From Bacteroidales bacterium (GTDB taxonomy: Bacteria; Bacteroidota; Bacteroidia; Bacteroidales; UBA10428), in NCBI GenBank assembly GCA_965230395.1, contig CBDDKV010000002.1:365905-429904 (forward strand): a DNA stretch of 64,000 bases, read 5' to 3'. This document shows, in pieces, positions 41,655 to 51,785 of this stretch. The notes beneath the pieces were generated by a model. The model was given only the letters and a program-made list of their open reading frames with translations. It was not told where the DNA came from and did no database searches. Each line of letters starts with the position of its first letter. The stretch's first letter is position 1. Both the position numbers and the translations under genes were made by a program.

Positions 41655-42582
41655 AAATGAACTGCTTTAGATGAAAAATAGCTTTTTTCCGTATCACGGA
41701 CAACTTAAAATTTAAATATTCAAAGGAAAAAGTAAAAAAAGAAAGCGAGGAGGGCCGTATATTCTCGGGTAACGGGTAGTTTAGTTTTTTCAGGTATTTT
41801 TTAGAGCTAAGGTTAATTAGTTGTAGGTCAGGTGTTTTAAGTTCTTTTTTCCATGAGTCAACTCTGGTGGCAATTGGTTCTTTGGTAATGTTTTTATGTA
41901 TTTCCAGGTGCGAAACCGGTATTCTTTGTTCTAGATCCCCTGTCCCTAAGTCAGGCTCAATGCTTATTCTGCAAACATTGGAAATGAAATTGATAAGACT
42001 TTGGGGAAAACCAAGAATTAAATCTTCATAAAGTAGAGTAGCATTCAACTGGTGTTTATGCTCCAGAAAAAACTTCACAAAAGAATTCCAGTACAGGGCT
42101 GTATGAGCAGGGTTCATGGAAAATGGCCTATTTATGCCAGGCAACAAAGTATGAAGTTGCGAATTGCATACTCCGCGTACGTCCCTGATTATACTTGTAA
42201 ATATGATGTTCTCTTCTTTAGTCTTTATTTTATACAGTTGTTTGTGCAACTGAAACAGTCTTTCAGCTTTATAAACAATAAACTCTGCCTTTGAATTCTG
42301 TTGAATTCTGTAGGCTTCTAAAATGGACTTAAAGTATTCAAAATTGGTTTCTTTTTTTGTTATAGTGGATAAATCCAGTTTCCATGATCTGAATTTATTG
42401 TCGGTTGATATGGCCTGGTCTAAATCAACAGAATCTTTAATTGGTGAGCCGGGACTGACCAGGAGTTTGTCGGCAAGTATATCGGCTTCAGGACATACCA
42501 TTAACCTTTTGTACCTGCTTAATTGTTGGCAAAGGTATGTTGACCCGGAACGGTTTATATAATAGAGAAAAACGATATTCAT
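41641..42582 (-). CDS. PAPS-dependent sulfotransferase family protein
   Basis: YINRSGSTYL, IIRDVRGVCNS, YEDLI, SWKKEL. Confidence 0.85.
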   Translation of the reverse strand: MNIVFLYYINRSGSTYLCQQLSRYKRLMVCPEADILADKLLVSPGSPIKDSVDLDQAISTDNKFRSWKLDLSTITKKETNFEYFKSILEAYRIQQNSKAEFIVYKAERLFQLHKQLYKIKTKEENIIFTSIIRDVRGVCNSQLHTLLPGINRPFSMNPAHTALYWNSFVKFFLEHKHQLNATLLYEDLILGFPQSLINFISNVCRISIEPDLGTGDLEQRIPVSHLEIHKNITKEPIATRVDSWKKELKTPDLQLINLSSKKYLKKLNYPLPENIRPSSLSFFTFSFEYLNFKLSVIRKKAIFHLKQFIYAKN

Positions 42583-43703
42583 GTTTTCAGGTTCAGTTCC
42601 TGCTCAAAAATATTCCTTATGGTCATTTCCTGTTGTTTTAATGTAAAATATTTTTGAAACAATTCGCGGGAATTTAGCCCCATTTTGATTCGTACATCCG
42701 GGTTATGGATAAGATAATCAATTTTTTCGGATAAAGCTTTGACATTGCCCGGAGGAATTAAAAAGCCGTTTACTTCATTTCTTACCATATCGCTAATGGC
42801 CCCGGTATCCGTAGCAATAACAGGCAGGTTTGCCGACATTGCTTCAAGAATAACCAGGGGCATGCTCTCTTCGGCAAACTCCGTTGGCAGAATAAAAAGA
42901 TCAGTAGAAAAAAACAGCTTCGATTTCTTTTCAGAAAAACATTCTTTATGGAACTCAATATGAGGGAGCAAATAGGGCTTCTGATACTGAATTTCCTTCA
43001 TAAAAGCCTGGAATTCTCCCGTGTGGCTGCCGCCAATAACCAGTTTTAGGTTGGTGTTTTTGTTTATTATAAGTTCCAATGATTCAAAAGTAGTTCTTAT
43101 TCCTTTATGCATGAAAAGGTTGGAGAAAAACAGTATCCTGAATTCATCCTTTTTTTCTACAGAAAACCTGGACCGGTCAAGTTCTGGTATCCCATTCGGA
43201 CAAGAATGAAGCTTAACCTTTTTATTAAACATATTTAGTTCTTCTTTTACTAATTTATTGGAGAGGTGGATAATGGAACAGTTTTTAAATACTTCTTTAT
43301 AAAAGAAATGAAAAAGTGGTTTCCTATAATACCTGGGAATGCCCCTGTTGTGAAGGTGGAAAACCAGTTTTCTCTGAAAAAGTTTAATGATAAAAACAAG
43401 AACAGCGTCTTTGATAAATCCGGTCCCAACGGGCATGATGGCAAAGTAGACTAAATCGGGCCTGAAAAAAACAAGGTTGAAAATCAATTGGAAACACATT
43501 TTGATAAATGCCAGGGCTTTTTTTAAAGAGAACTTTCGGAGTTTATTGATTTCGTCTGATAAATTCAGTCGAATAAATCGTTTTTCCAGTTTGTAATTAA
43601 CAACAGGGCTTTCAAAAATCTGTTTGCACACAACACTTACCCCGTGCACAGGAGGGGGCATATGAATCATATATAGTATCTTCTTATTCTTTTTCACATA
43701 CAA
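42579..43703 (-). CDS. GT4 glycosyltransferase
   Basis: PPPVHG N-terminus, 'ESMPLVILEAMSANLPVIATDTGAISDMV..NGFL' (EX7E). Confidence 0.9.
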   Translation of the reverse strand: MYVKKNKKILYMIHMPPPVHGVSVVCKQIFESPVVNYKLEKRFIRLNLSDEINKLRKFSLKKALAFIKMCFQLIFNLVFFRPDLVYFAIMPVGTGFIKDAVLVFIIKLFQRKLVFHLHNRGIPRYYRKPLFHFFYKEVFKNCSIIHLSNKLVKEELNMFNKKVKLHSCPNGIPELDRSRFSVEKKDEFRILFFSNLFMHKGIRTTFESLELIINKNTNLKLVIGGSHTGEFQAFMKEIQYQKPYLLPHIEFHKECFSEKKSKLFFSTDLFILPTEFAEESMPLVILEAMSANLPVIATDTGAISDMVRNEVNGFLIPPGNVKALSEKIDYLIHNPDVRIKMGLNSRELFQKYFTLKQQEMTIRNIFEQELNLKT

Positions 43704-43710
43704 TTATTAA

Positions 43711-44862
43711 TTACTTAAATAGAAATGCGTTCAGGCGCTCAATGACTACTTCAAAAGAAGCTTTTTTCTGAATAAATGCCGAAGCCCCTGCAATAATATG
43801 TTCTCTTAATCCCTTGTTTTCTTTTATGCTTTTTATTGCGGAAATCAATTCCTCTTCTGTTTCATAAATCAGACAGTTTTCTCTGTTAATAAGGTAAGTT
43901 CCGGTTAATCCTTTAATTGGGGCGCAGATGACCGGGGTTTCAGAAGCCATTGCTTCAAGGAGGACATTGGGGAAACCTTCATTTGTTCCGCCATGAACAA
44001 GCACATCAGCACAACAGAGATATTCATTTATATTTTGTACAAAGCCCGTAAAAACAATGTTGTCCCTAAGAATCTCTTTACCGAAAGAACAAAGTGCATT
44101 TGCTTCGGTATTTTTTTTCTTTAAAAAGTGAGTGTTGTTGAATTTGTGCTCACCCAGATAATAGTATTTATAATTAAAGTCTAGTTTTGAAATTGCGCTG
44201 AATATTGAATTTATCCCTTTCCGGTTTATTAGAAATCCGGCGCTAAGGACAATGAAGCTATCACTTGGAATGGACAGTTTATTGTGCAGGTTAATTTTGA
44301 CTTCCTTGCTGCATGATGAAAAGCTTTTGTTATTCACCCCTTGTGGACTTAAAAAAACTTTTTGCCTGTTATGCATGGTTTTCAACCAGGTATTTTCAAA
44401 GTCTACATTAATTGCGAAATAACCATCAATCATTTTAAATAGTTTCCTGTAAAGAAGTCTTGACAACTTTGACTTTTCTGCAATAGTCTCAACGTCATCT
44501 ATTTCGGGTAGAAGAGACTGAAAAACTATTTTTCTACGCAATAATCCGGCGATTATGGCCGCAATCTCCCAGGCAATTATTTTACTGCCATAAATAAACA
44601 GGATGTCTGTTTTAATGATGAAAAGAAGATAGTAGGTTATAATTAGTGGCAGGCTTAAGATTTTACCTGCTAAAGTTCCTGAAAAATATGGGATCCTTTT
44701 TACAAGCTTATCCTTTTTGAATTTGTGTTTTCGTTTGAAACTTAGTACCTGAGCGTGGTGTTTTTGGTTAAGTTCCAGGGCGAAATTGTAAGCATGTATC
44801 CCGCTGCCAGATGTTTCCGGCCAGGTGTAGGAAGATAGCAACAGGTATTTCTTTACCGCCAT
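43711..44862 (-). CDS. GT4 glycosyltransferase
   Basis: RKG motif, 'EGFPNVLLEAMASETPVI'. Confidence 0.9.
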   Translation of the reverse strand: MAVKKYLLLSSYTWPETSGSGIHAYNFALELNQKHHAQVLSFKRKHKFKKDKLVKRIPYFSGTLAGKILSLPLIITYYLLFIIKTDILFIYGSKIIAWEIAAIIAGLLRRKIVFQSLLPEIDDVETIAEKSKLSRLLYRKLFKMIDGYFAINVDFENTWLKTMHNRQKVFLSPQGVNNKSFSSCSKEVKINLHNKLSIPSDSFIVLSAGFLINRKGINSIFSAISKLDFNYKYYYLGEHKFNNTHFLKKKNTEANALCSFGKEILRDNIVFTGFVQNINEYLCCADVLVHGGTNEGFPNVLLEAMASETPVICAPIKGLTGTYLINRENCLIYETEEELISAIKSIKENKGLREHIIAGASAFIQKKASFEVVIERLNAFLFK

Positions 44863-44891
44863 GAATAGCTCTTGTAAAATTTAGACTTGTT

Positions 44892-45503
44892 TCAGGTTAT
44901 TGATTTAAAGGTATAGCCTTTTTCACTAAAATGCTCAATGAAGCGTGGAAGAGTGTATAACAAGTTTTTTGATGCTTTGACCGAATCGTGAAAAACCACA
45001 ATTGAACCATTTCTGGTGAAACGCAGAAGAAAACGGAGGATCAGCTTTCCCGGAATTCTTTTATTATAGTCGTGGCTTAAAACATCCCATAAAACAATTC
45101 TGTATTGTTGTCGAATATATTTCGATTGGAGCATACTTATCCTTCCGTAGGGGGGCCTGAAAAGATCTGATTTAATATATTTTTTTGCCAGGTTGGTATC
45201 GTGGATGTACATTTTGGCAGGGGTGCGCCATCCTTTTAAATGGCTGTAGGAATGATTACCGGTGGCGTGGCCTTCAGATATAATTTTTTTGTATATCTCG
45301 GGATGTCTGTCAACATTTCTTCCAAGGCAAAAAAAAGTGGCTTTCGCATTGTATTTTTTAAGAATGGTCAGTACTTTTTCTGTAATATCCGGTGTTGGGC
45401 CATCATCAAATGTAAGATAAATCACTTTTTCATTCCGGTTACCATGCCATTCAAAGTTTTTAAATATTCTCGCAATAATTTGGGGTGTTCTCCAATATAT
45501 CAT
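44892..45503 (-). CDS. Polysaccharide deacetylase (CE4/NodB)
   Basis: LTFDDGP, HSYSH, FRPPYG, VFHD motifs. Confidence 0.93.
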   Translation of the reverse strand: MIYWRTPQIIARIFKNFEWHGNRNEKVIYLTFDDGPTPDITEKVLTILKKYNAKATFFCLGRNVDRHPEIYKKIISEGHATGNHSYSHLKGWRTPAKMYIHDTNLAKKYIKSDLFRPPYGRISMLQSKYIRQQYRIVLWDVLSHDYNKRIPGKLILRFLLRFTRNGSIVVFHDSVKASKNLLYTLPRFIEHFSEKGYTFKSIT

Positions 45504-48500
45504 CTTTGTTGAGTTGAAAGAATGGGGGCATATTTCTCAAGATTAGAATTGCACATTGAAGTCAGTTCGTTTTCTCCCATTTCAGTTGTAAGTTTTGAAA
45601 TTTCACTTAATGCATGTAAGGCTTGTTTTTTTTCTGTATTTAGATAATTTTTAAATCTGTTTTTTAATCGGGAATAATAATTAAGCTCTGTTTCAATATT
45701 GTCATGGATTTGCCTCAATACGTCCAAAGCACTTTGTTTATTCCCTGCTTTGTAATACGATTCAGCCATTTTTACCATTATATTATCGTATGGAAAGATA
45801 TCGTCTGGGAATAATTCCCGGCAACGGTCCATTAAGGAAACGGCTTTTTTCTTTTTACCTTCCGAAACCATTTTAGCCGCAGTCAAAACAAACGTGTTCC
45901 TAAGCTTAGTGAGCATCTCTCTTGTGCCATTGTCATAGAACACTTCAGGGTCTCCAATGTTTCCGTATTGAAAATCATTCATCAACCGATTGTACATTAG
46001 TTTTGTGTTAATCCCTCCAAAGTGACAAAAACTATCTTTCATTTTAGCAGGAACAATACGATATGTAAGTCCTGCCAGTTCAAAATAACTGTCCAACCCA
46101 AGGTAATTAGAGTCAGAAACACTAACCGCGTAATAAATTGGGCGTTGCCATTTATTTGTCGCTAAAAGATCCATTACCATCAGGTGGTTTTTAGCAATAT
46201 ACTTCTTGTTAACAGTAAACTCCATCTCTTGGACAAACAGCTTTTTTACTTCAGGTTTAATAGTCTTATTTTTAACAACGCTATCCTGGTTGGCTTCAAT
46301 AGTAAAGCTGTTTTGGGGGATATAATGAATCAACCCTTTAATATCTGGCACAGACTTGTATGCTTTATCGTCGTGAGCGACAAAATCAATGGCTTCTTCT
46401 AATGAAATAGCCCTGTTGACCCTTTCAATCAAATAAACTTTTTTGCGGTCTGAAAACTGATATTTCTCTTTTTCAAGACTAAATGGAATGGGGGCTGACT
46501 TATTAAGCTGTTTTTCCATTTGTTCAATGTACCAGCAAGAATTAAGGTTATTCAGATTTACTACCCGGACATCGGTGCGAATGCCTTCTACTTCCTGTGC
46601 GTACCTTAAAGGGAAGGTGTTGTTGTCATTATCCGTAAAAAGAATACCGTTTTCTTCACAGGAGTTCAGGTAGTTAATGGCCATGTTTTTAACACAATTA
46701 TAATTAGACCGGTTGTGGTCATCCATGTTCTGAAAAGCCATAAGGAGTGGTATCGGGAGAGCAATAATTATAGAAACTATAGCTATTGTTTTTTCTGACT
46801 TTATTCTGGAACTTAAATAAATTATTCCCGAAATGTAAATGTATGCGACCAGTATCGCATAAAAAGCTGTTGGAGAAATAACCGGGGTTTTATTTATTAC
46901 AAAATCAAAAAGAACAACAACAGCAAACGGAATTAATGCTTGAATATAATACGTCTTTTTAGGTCGATTGAGCCCTTTTGAAGCAATTCTGAAAAATGTT
47001 AAGACCGATAAGCCCGTCCATATTGAAAAAGCATAAAAAGAGCGAGTAAATATGAAATCACTTTCTTCGGACTGAAGGGGGGACTGATTTAAGTATAGAA
47101 CGAGAGCTATTCCGTTAAAAAAGAAGAAAACAAGGATTGCCCAGAAATCTTTGTTGCCGTTCCTGAACTGGAAGAACATTCCTATCAGGCCTAATATGAA
47201 AGGCAGCATGAAATATTTGTTCCGGGCTTTGTTTTCTTTTAAGTCATGGGGCAGCTCTGACTGGGAGCCAATTCGAAAACTATCAAGGAACCCGATTCCG
47301 GTTATCCAGTTTCCTTTATTAATTTCATCTTTGAAATAGGCCTGAAAATCATTTTGCCGACCGGAAAAGTTCCACATAAAATATCGGAAAAACATGTGAT
47401 TAGCCTGATAATCAAAAAGAAAATCTAGGTTAGATAGAATGGATGGGCTACTTTTGGGGCTTCCATAATCATATTTAATACTTCCCTGCCCATCTTTAAC
47501 AGGCTCTCCGTTTTCATCTACCGCATAATTATAAAAGTCATCTTTATTCAGCCCTGTCCATTTGAGATATGCGTCAATATGGCTAATTTTATTGCTCCAC
47601 ATTCTGGGCAAAAATGTCAGGAATTCTTTCTCATAATGTCTTTTCAGTTTTTTATCGACAGGTTCATACCTGTTATTTACAGGAGCATAAATCACCCCTT
47701 TTTTTTCTGTTGCCAGTATCGGGGAATTAAAACTTTGCCCGAGGATTAAAGGTGGGGCAGCTTGGCGTTCTCCAATAATATACGATGACAGCCTGAAAAT
47801 ATTTTCCGGGTTGTGACTGTCAATTGGAGGGTTGGCAATTGAACGGATGATTAATGTTGCATAAGATGAGTAACCGATAAAAATTACGGTTAGTGTCAGA
47901 AAAACCGAATTGAGGATCACCTTTTTCCTGTTATGACTTATGACAATGCCAAAGGCCAGTCCGGTAAATAAGAGGGCGAGATAAAAAATGACACCGGACC
48001 AATAGGGCAGGCTTAGCCCGTTAACAAGCATGAGTTCGAACAGAGAGGCAACCTTCACGAAGCCGGGGATAATGAAATATATTAAACTTAAGAGTATAGC
48101 AATTGATATTCCTGAAACAAGCAATACACCTCTGAAAGTGGCCTTGTATTTTTTGAAGTAGTAAATCAATGCAACTGCAGGTATGGCCAGCAGGCTAAAT
48201 GCATGAACTCCGGCAGATAGCCCGGTTAGATATGCTATTAATATTAACCACCGGTTTGCAAATTTTTTATGGGCATGGTTTTCCCATTTAAGAATAGCCC
48301 AAAACATTAAGGCGGTAAATAATGATAAAAAGGTACTTGTTCTACCCTCTACAACGGAAAACCAAAAAGTGTCGGAAAAAGCCAGACAAAGGCTGCCAAC
48401 CGTGGCGCTTCCTATTACAGAGATTATTTCTCCGGAGCTATATTTTTTCTTCTTGCCAACAATTTTAAGTGCGAAATGGGAAATAGTCCAAAATAGAAAA

Positions 48501-48775
48501 AGGATTGTAAAAGAACCTGCAACAACCGACAGAGAATTAACCATGAAAGGAACAAGTTCGGCTTTTTCTCCCGCAATAAGAGAGAAGATTCTTCCAACAA
48601 GCAAAAACAGGGGCGAGCCGGGTGGATGTCCAACCTGAAGCTTGTATGACGTTGCAATTAATTCCCCGGAACCCCAAAGGCCGGTTGTCCGGTTTACTGT
48701 TAAAAAGTATACAATTGAGGTAATGACAAAAATAAGCCACCCTGCCAGGATATTAGATAGCCTTAGCTGTTTCAT
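45500..48775 (-). CDS. DUF2723 / TMEM260-like GT-C membrane protein (motif-degenerate)
   Basis: 'KLQVGHPPGSPLF', 'RYFMWNFSGRQND', 'QEVEGIRTDVRVVNL', many TM helices; adjacent to a deacetylase. Confidence 0.88.
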   Translation of the reverse strand: MKQLRLSNILAGWLIFVITSIVYFLTVNRTTGLWGSGELIATSYKLQVGHPPGSPLFLLVGRIFSLIAGEKAELVPFMVNSLSVVAGSFTILFLFWTISHFALKIVGKKKKYSSGEIISVIGSATVGSLCLAFSDTFWFSVVEGRTSTFLSLFTALMFWAILKWENHAHKKFANRWLILIAYLTGLSAGVHAFSLLAIPAVALIYYFKKYKATFRGVLLVSGISIAILLSLIYFIIPGFVKVASLFELMLVNGLSLPYWSGVIFYLALLFTGLAFGIVISHNRKKVILNSVFLTLTVIFIGYSSYATLIIRSIANPPIDSHNPENIFRLSSYIIGERQAAPPLILGQSFNSPILATEKKGVIYAPVNNRYEPVDKKLKRHYEKEFLTFLPRMWSNKISHIDAYLKWTGLNKDDFYNYAVDENGEPVKDGQGSIKYDYGSPKSSPSILSNLDFLFDYQANHMFFRYFMWNFSGRQNDFQAYFKDEINKGNWITGIGFLDSFRIGSQSELPHDLKENKARNKYFMLPFILGLIGMFFQFRNGNKDFWAILVFFFFNGIALVLYLNQSPLQSEESDFIFTRSFYAFSIWTGLSVLTFFRIASKGLNRPKKTYYIQALIPFAVVVLFDFVINKTPVISPTAFYAILVAYIYISGIIYLSSRIKSEKTIAIVSIIIALPIPLLMAFQNMDDHNRSNYNCVKNMAINYLNSCEENGILFTDNDNNTFPLRYAQEVEGIRTDVRVVNLNNLNSCWYIEQMEKQLNKSAPIPFSLEKEKYQFSDRKKVYLIERVNRAISLEEAIDFVAHDDKAYKSVPDIKGLIHYIPQNSFTIEANQDSVVKNKTIKPEVKKLFVQEMEFTVNKKYIAKNHLMVMDLLATNKWQRPIYYAVSVSDSNYLGLDSYFELAGLTYRIVPAKMKDSFCHFGGINTKLMYNRLMNDFQYGNIGDPEVFYDNGTREMLTKLRNTFVLTAAKMVSEGKKKKAVSLMDRCRELFPDDIFPYDNIMVKMAESYYKAGNKQSALDVLRQIHDNIETELNYYSRLKNRFKNYLNTEKKQALHALSEISKLTTEMGENELTSMCNSNLEKYAPILSTQQR

Positions 48776-49052
48776 AAGAAAGCGTATTATGCATCACAAA
48801 TAAATGAAATAATTGTAAGAATAAAAACTGTTTTGTTAATCAGAAGAAGCAATAAATTTTCATCCCTGATTCTCTGTTATATAATAAATGCAACTCCTGG
48901 AGATTTGTGTGTCAATTTATCTGTATGGAACAGCTAACACGGATACCTAGGCTTATTTCTCCTGCGATGTTTCATTTCTTTAATTCCCTGTTTTAATCCC
49001 GACAGATTTATGCGAAACCAGATGAAGTAACAGCTCTGTTGTAATGAGCTCT

Positions 49053-50621
49053 TTACTCTTTTACCTCATTGCGGTTTCGACCAAGGATGAAAACGGATAG
49101 AAAAAAAGCAAAAATAGTAGCTCCTGCCTGAGTTTCGAAAGTATCTTCATAGGTCATGGAGAAGGCCATTAACAAAAGAAAGAAAAAAGTCCCCAGATCA
49201 ATATTTTTCCTTTCATACCATAAGGAGGCAAAAAGCAGAACAGTTATTAAAAGAAAACCGATAACCCCAAAACCGACAATAAGAGTTAGGTATTGGTTAT
49301 GAGGGCGGTGCCGGTGTTTTGGATTTAACACAGATTGATTGATGATGTATTGTTGTTTTATTGCGTCATCCACATCTCCGGTACCTGTGCCAAACCAGAT
49401 ATTATTTTTTGCTGTGTTATAACCGTTTTTAACAAATTCAAATCGTTGTGTAATCGAATGGTTATTTGGATCTCCATATTTTGCGTACATTTCGATTTGC
49501 CAAAATATCTGATAGAGTTTGGGATATACGGAAAACCGTTTTGTAAACAGATGATTTGCGTAGCCCCCCTCAATGTAATGGATATCGTCTTCATTTAGGG
49601 CAGAAACCCCAACGGAGTCTTTTCTGTAACCCAGAGAAGTTAAATATCGGATTAAAGTGTATCGAATCGCCTGTCCTTTTTCATCCAGCCCGTCGATATG
49701 TATTTTACTTCTTTTGTTCCATTCCTGTTCAAGTTCCCGAGAGCAAACATATGTCCAGACCAAATCTTTATTTTCGTATTCCGTTTTATTTAAGTGGGTG
49801 TATTGATTTCCGTTCGGGGTAAATTTTTCAAGCAATTCAAGGTTAACAACGGTACGGTCAGTATATTTCTTAAACGATATGTAAACGTATCCCAGACAAA
49901 AAATAAAAAATAATACTACCAGGTATTTGAAAATATTTTTGAACGTTTTATTCAGGTTAAATTCTTTTAGAAAGAAAATCAAGAAAGGAAAAGTCAGAAT
50001 AAAAAGAGCCATGCCGGTAAAAGCCCCAATAATGAAAATAAAAGTAAGCAGCCATGCTAAAATTAGAAGGAGTATTTTTTTATTAAAGATTCGGGGTGCA
50101 TTATCGTCAACCATCAACCAGACCAGGAAATATATTACGATATCAACTAAAACAGCAAGCCTTATATGTGAAATGAAGATTGAAGAAGCTCTCGGGTCAT
50201 AAGCGGGATACTCAGAAAACCCAAAAAATAAATAAGAACTTACTAGCGTTGATGACACAACTCCTGCAATAATACTGTAAATAACAATTTTGAGTTCTGA
50301 TTTACTGAACGGAGGGGTAGTCCCATATATTAATGGCAAGATTAAAAGCGGAAGTTTTATCTTTAAGTCGTGAAAGGCATAACCGAAATTGGCTGAATTA
50401 ATCAGCCATATGATATGTATAATATAAATGCTGATAAACCCGGCAATACTAATTCTTTTTTTCAGGAGCAGGATTTTTTGTCGGAAGTTAAATTCCACAA
50501 GCCAGTTCCCGGCTAAAATAAATTGGCCAAGACTGGTAAGAAAAGGAGAAAGAGGTAAGCCTACAGCAATTACAATTGTTCCAACTATAAAAATATATCT
50601 GTGATAAATAGCTTTAAACAT
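49053..50621 (-). CDS. O-antigen ligase/Wzy_C-family membrane protein
   Basis: Polytopic; 'SHIR', 'WFGTGTGD', 'PHNQYL..GVIG'. Confidence 0.8.
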   Translation of the reverse strand: MFKAIYHRYIFIVGTIVIAVGLPLSPFLTSLGQFILAGNWLVEFNFRQKILLLKKRISIAGFISIYIIHIIWLINSANFGYAFHDLKIKLPLLILPLIYGTTPPFSKSELKIVIYSIIAGVVSSTLVSSYLFFGFSEYPAYDPRASSIFISHIRLAVLVDIVIYFLVWLMVDDNAPRIFNKKILLLILAWLLTFIFIIGAFTGMALFILTFPFLIFFLKEFNLNKTFKNIFKYLVVLFFIFCLGYVYISFKKYTDRTVVNLELLEKFTPNGNQYTHLNKTEYENKDLVWTYVCSRELEQEWNKRSKIHIDGLDEKGQAIRYTLIRYLTSLGYRKDSVGVSALNEDDIHYIEGGYANHLFTKRFSVYPKLYQIFWQIEMYAKYGDPNNHSITQRFEFVKNGYNTAKNNIWFGTGTGDVDDAIKQQYIINQSVLNPKHRHRPHNQYLTLIVGFGVIGFLLITVLLFASLWYERKNIDLGTFFFLLLMAFSMTYEDTFETQAGATIFAFFLSVFILGRNRNEVKE

Positions 50622-50737
50622 AAATTTTGTATTTTTCGAACCCCATTTGTTTACTAAACAGATACCCTGATTTATAAGGTATCTTCAAAACTACAAACAA
50701 ACAAAAAGAAACAATAGAAAAAAATCATTGCATTATT

Positions 50738-50770
50738 TTTGTTTATTTAATAAAAATAATTGTATTTTTG
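50738..50770 (+). promoter_or_regulatory. rplM operon promoter
   Basis: TTTG (50738-41), 21-nt spacer, TAttTTTG (50763-70). Confidence 0.75.
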
Positions 50771-50835
50771 CACTCCATTATTTTTCAGGTGGTTTATATA
50801 AAAAAGTATCAAGGTATTAATTAAAATATTTAAAA

Positions 50836-51291
50836 GTGGATACACTGAGTTATAAAACAAAGTCTGCAAACAAAGCAACAGTAAAAAAGGATTGGTATGT
50901 TGTAGATGCAACAAACGAAGTGTTGGGCAGACTTTCGTCGAAGGTGGCAAAAATATTGCGGGGAAAAAATAAACCTGATTTTACACCTCATGTTGATTGT
51001 GGTGATAATGTTATTGTTATCAACGCAGATAAAATTAGATTGACAGGTAAAAAACTTACAGATAAGCAATATATACGTCACACCGGATATCCCGGAGGGC
51101 AGAGAATAGAGAAGCCGGTTGATGTTCTGGAAAAAAAGCCGGAAAGGGTGATAGAAATGGCTGTTAAGGGAATGTTGCCAAAAAGCAGATTAGGCAAGGC
51201 AGTTGCAAAAAACATGTTTGTTTATGCTGGATCGGAACACCCTCATGAAGCTCAACAACCGAAAGAATTGAATTTAAACGATATTAAATAG
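50836..51291 (+). CDS. rplM: 50S ribosomal protein L13
   Basis: WYVVDA..LGRL, FTPHVDCGDNVIVINA, HPHEAQQP; GTG start. Confidence 0.98.
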   Translation: MDTLSYKTKSANKATVKKDWYVVDATNEVLGRLSSKVAKILRGKNKPDFTPHVDCGDNVIVINADKIRLTGKKLTDKQYIRHTGYPGGQRIEKPVDVLEKKPERVIEMAVKGMLPKSRLGKAVAKNMFVYAGSEHPHEAQQPKELNLNDIK

Positions 51292-51296
51292 AAATC

Positions 51297-51686
51297 ATGG
51301 AAGTAGTTAATACCATAGGTAGAAGAAAAGCTGCGATAGCCCGTATTTACATTAAAGATGGCAAGGGTGAGATTTTGATAAACAAACGCGATTATAAAGA
51401 ATACTTCCCTTTAGAGCAACTTCAGTATATTGTTAGCCAACCATTGGAACTTACTGATAACCTCGGAAAATATGATATTCACGCTAATCTTGACGGAGGA
51501 GGGATTAAAGGACAGGCAGAAGCTTTACGTCTTGCAATTTCCCGAGCGCTAGTCAAAATAGATGAAGAAAATAATAAAGAAGTACTGAAATCAAATAAAC
51601 TTCTTTCACGCGATTCAAGAGCAGTTGAACGTAAGAAGCCAGGAAGGCCGAAAGCAAGGAAGAGGTTCCAGTTCAGTAAACGTTAA
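51297..51686 (+). CDS. rpsI: 30S ribosomal protein S9
   Basis: GRRK, GGGIKGQAEA, C-terminal KARKRFQFSKR. Confidence 0.98.
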   Translation: MEVVNTIGRRKAAIARIYIKDGKGEILINKRDYKEYFPLEQLQYIVSQPLELTDNLGKYDIHANLDGGGIKGQAEALRLAISRALVKIDEENNKEVLKSNKLLSRDSRAVERKKPGRPKARKRFQFSKR

Positions 51687-51785
51687 TGATAGTATAACAG
51701 ATTGTTTAGTATCTAAACTCTGGGGACTTCCTTACACCGGAACTACTTCAGGGTTGATTATTAAAGAATGTAAACAGATAATAAA

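Noticed and set aside
48776-49052. ncRNA or small gene between DUF2723 and the O-antigen ligase
   Set aside because: No recognisable RNA family, strong stem or credible ORF found.
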